Positions 52,741 to 55,731 of a DNA stretch of 55,731 bases are shown one piece after another. The notes beneath the pieces are model-generated. The model was not told the origin of the DNA. It saw nothing but the letters and a program-made list of their open reading frames with translations, and ran no database searches. Positions within the stretch are counted from its first letter, which is position 1; each line of letters starts with the position of its first letter. This DNA is from Thiotrichaceae bacterium. Its GTDB lineage: Bacteria; Pseudomonadota; Gammaproteobacteria; Thiotrichales; Thiotrichaceae. The position numbers were made by a program, and so were the translations under genes. The DNA lies in NCBI GenBank assembly GCA_026988295.1, contig JALSLM010000101.1, positions 1 through 55,731 of the forward strand. The letters are read 5' to 3'.

Positions 52741-52824
52741 AAAATTATTTCGTGCATATTCCTAACTATAGTAGAGAAATAGAAAATAGGTATTGTTGGA
52801 GTATGAAAATCAAGAACAGCTTAG

Positions 52825-52983
52825 GAGGCTGTCCGAGAATAGGAGTCGTAGCGAGGGGAAGCTGATTTGAGCTAGATTTTTCACCAATTTGAGGGGAATA
52901 GTTCTTCTATTCACCGAAAATTGGGGGAAAATATAGTCAAATTCAGCTTTTCCGCAGTAGGCTCTCTATTCTCAGACAGCCTC
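52825..52983 (+). mobile_element. MITE family B, internal type i (159 bp)
   Basis: GAGGCTGTCCGAGAATAG...CTATTCTCAGACAGCCTC; flanks TTAG/CTAA; near-identical to 11521-11680. Confidence 0.9.
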
Positions 52984-53736
52984 CTAATCACGAAATGCCT
53001 TATTAAAAGCTGATAACATGCCACGCAATATATTTAACTCACTGCGATCAAGATGGATGCGAGCATATATGCGTCGCAAGCGAGTCATAAGATGCTTTGG
53101 ATTCTCAGGGTCTAAGAAACCACTCTTTATCATTGTCATTTCGAGGTGCTTGTAATAACCCTCCATATCACTTGCTGTAATAATATTATTTTGTGTATCA
53201 GAGGCACTCGGCAATTGCTGAATTTTTTCTTGGGCTAACCACGCCATACGGCATTCATAACTTATAATCTGTACCGCAGATGCTACATTAAGCGAGCTAT
53301 ATTCAGGGTTTGCAGGTATATGTAGTAAATGCTGGCAAAGAGCTAATTCATCATTACTCAGACCTGAACTCTCTCGCCCAAAAACTACCGCTACTTTATT
53401 CAAATTAGCCTGTTGAACTAATAGTTCACCACAATCACGAGAATCTTGAATATCCCAACTAAGTGTACGCTCATGTCTTGCACTAGCTCCCACCACAAGC
53501 TGACAGTCGGCGATAGCTTCCTCCATTGTATCAACCACAACTGCCCTATCTAATATATCTTTTGCGCTGGATGACATAACAATTGCTTGCTCATCAGGAA
53601 ATGATTTTGGTTTAACCAAATAAAGCTCTGATAAACCCATCGTTTTCATGGCGCGCGCTGCCGAACCAATATTTCCTGGGTGTGAAGTATGAATTAATAC
53701 AACTCTAATATTCTCTAATGTATTTCTTATATGCAT
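52984..53736 (-). CDS. trmJ: tRNA 2'-O-methyltransferase TrmJ (SPOUT family)
   Basis: TSHPGNIGSAARAMKTMG, FGRESSGL and YSSLNV; divergent from suhB. Confidence 0.93.
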   Translation of the reverse strand: MHIRNTLENIRVVLIHTSHPGNIGSAARAMKTMGLSELYLVKPKSFPDEQAIVMSSSAKDILDRAVVVDTMEEAIADCQLVVGASARHERTLSWDIQDSRDCGELLVQQANLNKVAVVFGRESSGLSNDELALCQHLLHIPANPEYSSLNVASAVQIISYECRMAWLAQEKIQQLPSASDTQNNIITASDMEGYYKHLEMTMIKSGFLDPENPKHLMTRLRRIYARIHLDRSELNILRGMLSAFNKAFRD

Positions 53737-53794
53737 TTTCTGTTAGAATCCTGCCGCTTAATATTTCTTGTTAAACCAATCAAAAGAGGCCCCC

Positions 53795-54604
53795 ATGAAC
53801 CCAATGCTCAATATGGCTATTAAAGCCGCCTATGAAGCTGGCGACATTATCGCCCGTAGTGCAGATAGAATCGACCAGTTACAGATTGAAAACAAGGATA
53901 AAAATGATTTTGTGAGTGAGATTGATCGGGCAGCAGAAGCCACAATCATTGGCTCACTTAAAAAATTCTACCCTGATCACGCTTTTCTAGGTGAAGAAAC
54001 TGGAACACACGAAGGCAAAGCAGATGCCCAAGGCATCAAGTATGAATGGATTATTGACCCATTAGATGGAACAACCAACTATCTCTATGGAATTCCACAT
54101 TATGCAGTATCTATTGCCCTTAAAAAAGACGGTAAACTTGATCAAGCTGTAATCTATGATCCTATCAAGGATGAATTATTCTACGCTTCACGCGGTGGTG
54201 GTGCTTTTTTAAATAAGCGTCGAATGCGTGTTTCAAAACGCCTCTCACTAAGTGGTGCATTATTAACCACTGGTGTTCCTTACCGACCTGATCAGGCTGA
54301 TATTATTGACACCTACTTTCAAACCATGAAAGCTTTAATAATCGACACCGCTGGAGTGCGTCGCCCTGGCGCAGCATCACTTGACCTTGCCTATGTTGCA
54401 GCAGGTCGTTACGATGGCTTCTGGGAGTTTGGACTACATGAATGGGATATTGCCGCAGGTTGCCTATTAGTTCAGGAAGCTGGGGGGCTTATTGGTGATT
54501 TGCAAGGTGGAAATACACACTTGCAAACAGGCAACATTGTTGCCGCAAGCCCGAAAGTATTTAAAGATATGATCAAACGACTACATAAAGTATTAGGCAA
54601 ATAA
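53795..54604 (+). CDS. suhB: Inositol monophosphatase / Nus factor SuhB
   Basis: GEE, WIIDPLDGTTN and WDIAAG; start moved to ATG at 53795. Confidence 0.96.
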   Translation: MNPMLNMAIKAAYEAGDIIARSADRIDQLQIENKDKNDFVSEIDRAAEATIIGSLKKFYPDHAFLGEETGTHEGKADAQGIKYEWIIDPLDGTTNYLYGIPHYAVSIALKKDGKLDQAVIYDPIKDELFYASRGGGAFLNKRRMRVSKRLSLSGALLTTGVPYRPDQADIIDTYFQTMKALIIDTAGVRRPGAASLDLAYVAAGRYDGFWEFGLHEWDIAAGCLLVQEAGGLIGDLQGGNTHLQTGNIVAASPKVFKDMIKRLHKVLGK

Positions 54605-54664
54605 CTTACAGTTAATTGGATAACAAGTTAAACCTGTAGTTTTTACTAATCCGACTACAAATCA

Positions 54665-54697
54665 ACCTGAATCCGTGAGTCCAATGCAGATTTAGGT
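54665..54697 (+). mobile_element. 33-bp miniature family A element
   Basis: acctgaatccgtgagtccaatgcagatttaggt; flanks TCA/TTA. Confidence 0.7.
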
Positions 54698-55468
54698 TTA
54701 ATGTACTGTTCTTGATTCAGCCACATAAAAGGGTGTGATATTGTCTATCATAAACTGACTAATATCTGGGTCATCTTGATCAATTACATAAAAGTCGATT
54801 GTTTCATAGCCAATATCATCGACTAATGAGATTTTTTGGATAGCAGTTTCAATAATCTTGCCTAAATCACCAGTGCCTTTTAAGCCAACCATTAAATGTT
54901 CTTTGTCATCATCATCTGGTATTTGGATAGTACCCAAATATGCTGATTCAATTTGAGGATGCTTCGCAAAATAGTCAGAAAGAACGGTATTAAAAGCACT
55001 GGGTACTTCACTAGGAATCCCCAGAAGAACTTCTGTCTCCTCATCGAGGATATGTTCACTATTAACCAATAAATCAGAATCAAGCAAGATAGCAACATCT
55101 TCTGGCTCAAATTCCATACCAAACTCTGAGTTTGGATTTAACACCAATGGCGCACCCATCGTTAATTGAAACAATGAAGCGGTAGGAAGCTCAAGATAAG
55201 GCTCATCATCATTAATTGCTTGTTGTAACATTTGCAATGAGGTAAAAAAAGGAACAACAGGGCTTTTATCAGTTTCACGTTCCCAGTGCTGAATAATCAA
55301 AGCCTGCTCTTCTTCTAAAGTAAATTTGCCCGAATCAGGGTTTTCTTCAGGCTTGCCTAAAATAAACACCTTCGATTCCATCAGCTCCTCATAAAATGCA
55401 GGAGCTTGAGTATTATCAGCAGCTGCTTTATGCAGAGCTTTTTCCAAATCATTTACAGGTAATAACAT
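54698..55468 (-). CDS. sseB: SseB-family protein
   Basis: N.LE.AL..AA, PFFTSL, LNP.S..G.EF; C-terminal SseB_C-like region; start at 55468 (ATG) or 55471 (TTG). Confidence 0.85.
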   Translation of the reverse strand: MLLPVNDLEKALHKAAADNTQAPAFYEELMESKVFILGKPEENPDSGKFTLEEEQALIIQHWERETDKSPVVPFFTSLQMLQQAINDDEPYLELPTASLFQLTMGAPLVLNPNSEFGMEFEPEDVAILLDSDLLVNSEHILDEETEVLLGIPSEVPSAFNTVLSDYFAKHPQIESAYLGTIQIPDDDDKEHLMVGLKGTGDLGKIIETAIQKISLVDDIGYETIDFYVIDQDDPDISQFMIDNITPFYVAESRTVH

Positions 55469-55598
55469 CAAGTTTGTTCTCGTAACTATTCAATTTAAGC
55501 AATAATCTTATAGTTTGTTGTACTCTGTCAACAAAACAGAGATAAACGCTCATCGTTATGCGCCTTATTGAGGAAAAACCTGATCAGGAGCTCCTTAA

Positions 55599-55731
55599 GG
55601 AAAGCCTGATTAAGTCGATTAGAATTTAGCGCAGAAAAATCTGTCGCTATTTTTCATGAAGTGAGTCGTAATAGTTATTCTATTGCGTCGATCTTCATGG
55701 AAAATATCGGCAGATTTGGCAAGCTAAAAAT
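55599..55731 (-). mobile_element. MITE family C, inverted, cut by window edge
   Basis: TTAA-GGAAAGCCTGATTAAGTC...; reverse complement of 17832-17987; adjacent 23-bp remnant at 55572-55594. Confidence 0.85.

Overview
AT-rich gammaproteobacterial chromosomal window. Protein style suggests a Thiotrichaceae-like marine lineage, but this is an unverified impression. Gene content is mostly housekeeping: tRNA-Met, lysR, aroE, rhlB, leuCDB-asd-fimV, pyrC-folA-sspBA-petCBA, adk/purB, rlmH-maf-rng, uvrD, valS, ugpBAEC, trmJ/suhB and sseB. It also carries a Wzx/Wzy-type exopolysaccharide cluster (15.4-29.3 kb), an 800-aa putative glycan hydrolase with a CBM9-like domain, and a CBS-domain pseudogene. No transposase, integrase, phage or CRISPR array is visible. 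The unusual content is intergenic: most of the larger spacers hold miniature inverted-repeat elements. These are three ~160-bp MITE families (my labels A, B, C), a 14-copy poly-G motif (D), GTAG- and CGTC-type REP palindromes, and a composite built from them. The most striking pattern is that three unrelated internal sequences carried by two different terminal-repeat types share a ~160-bp length and an AATAG-N5-CTATT hairpin tip at the element midpoint. Many of the elements abut stop codons or mark apparent synteny breaks.
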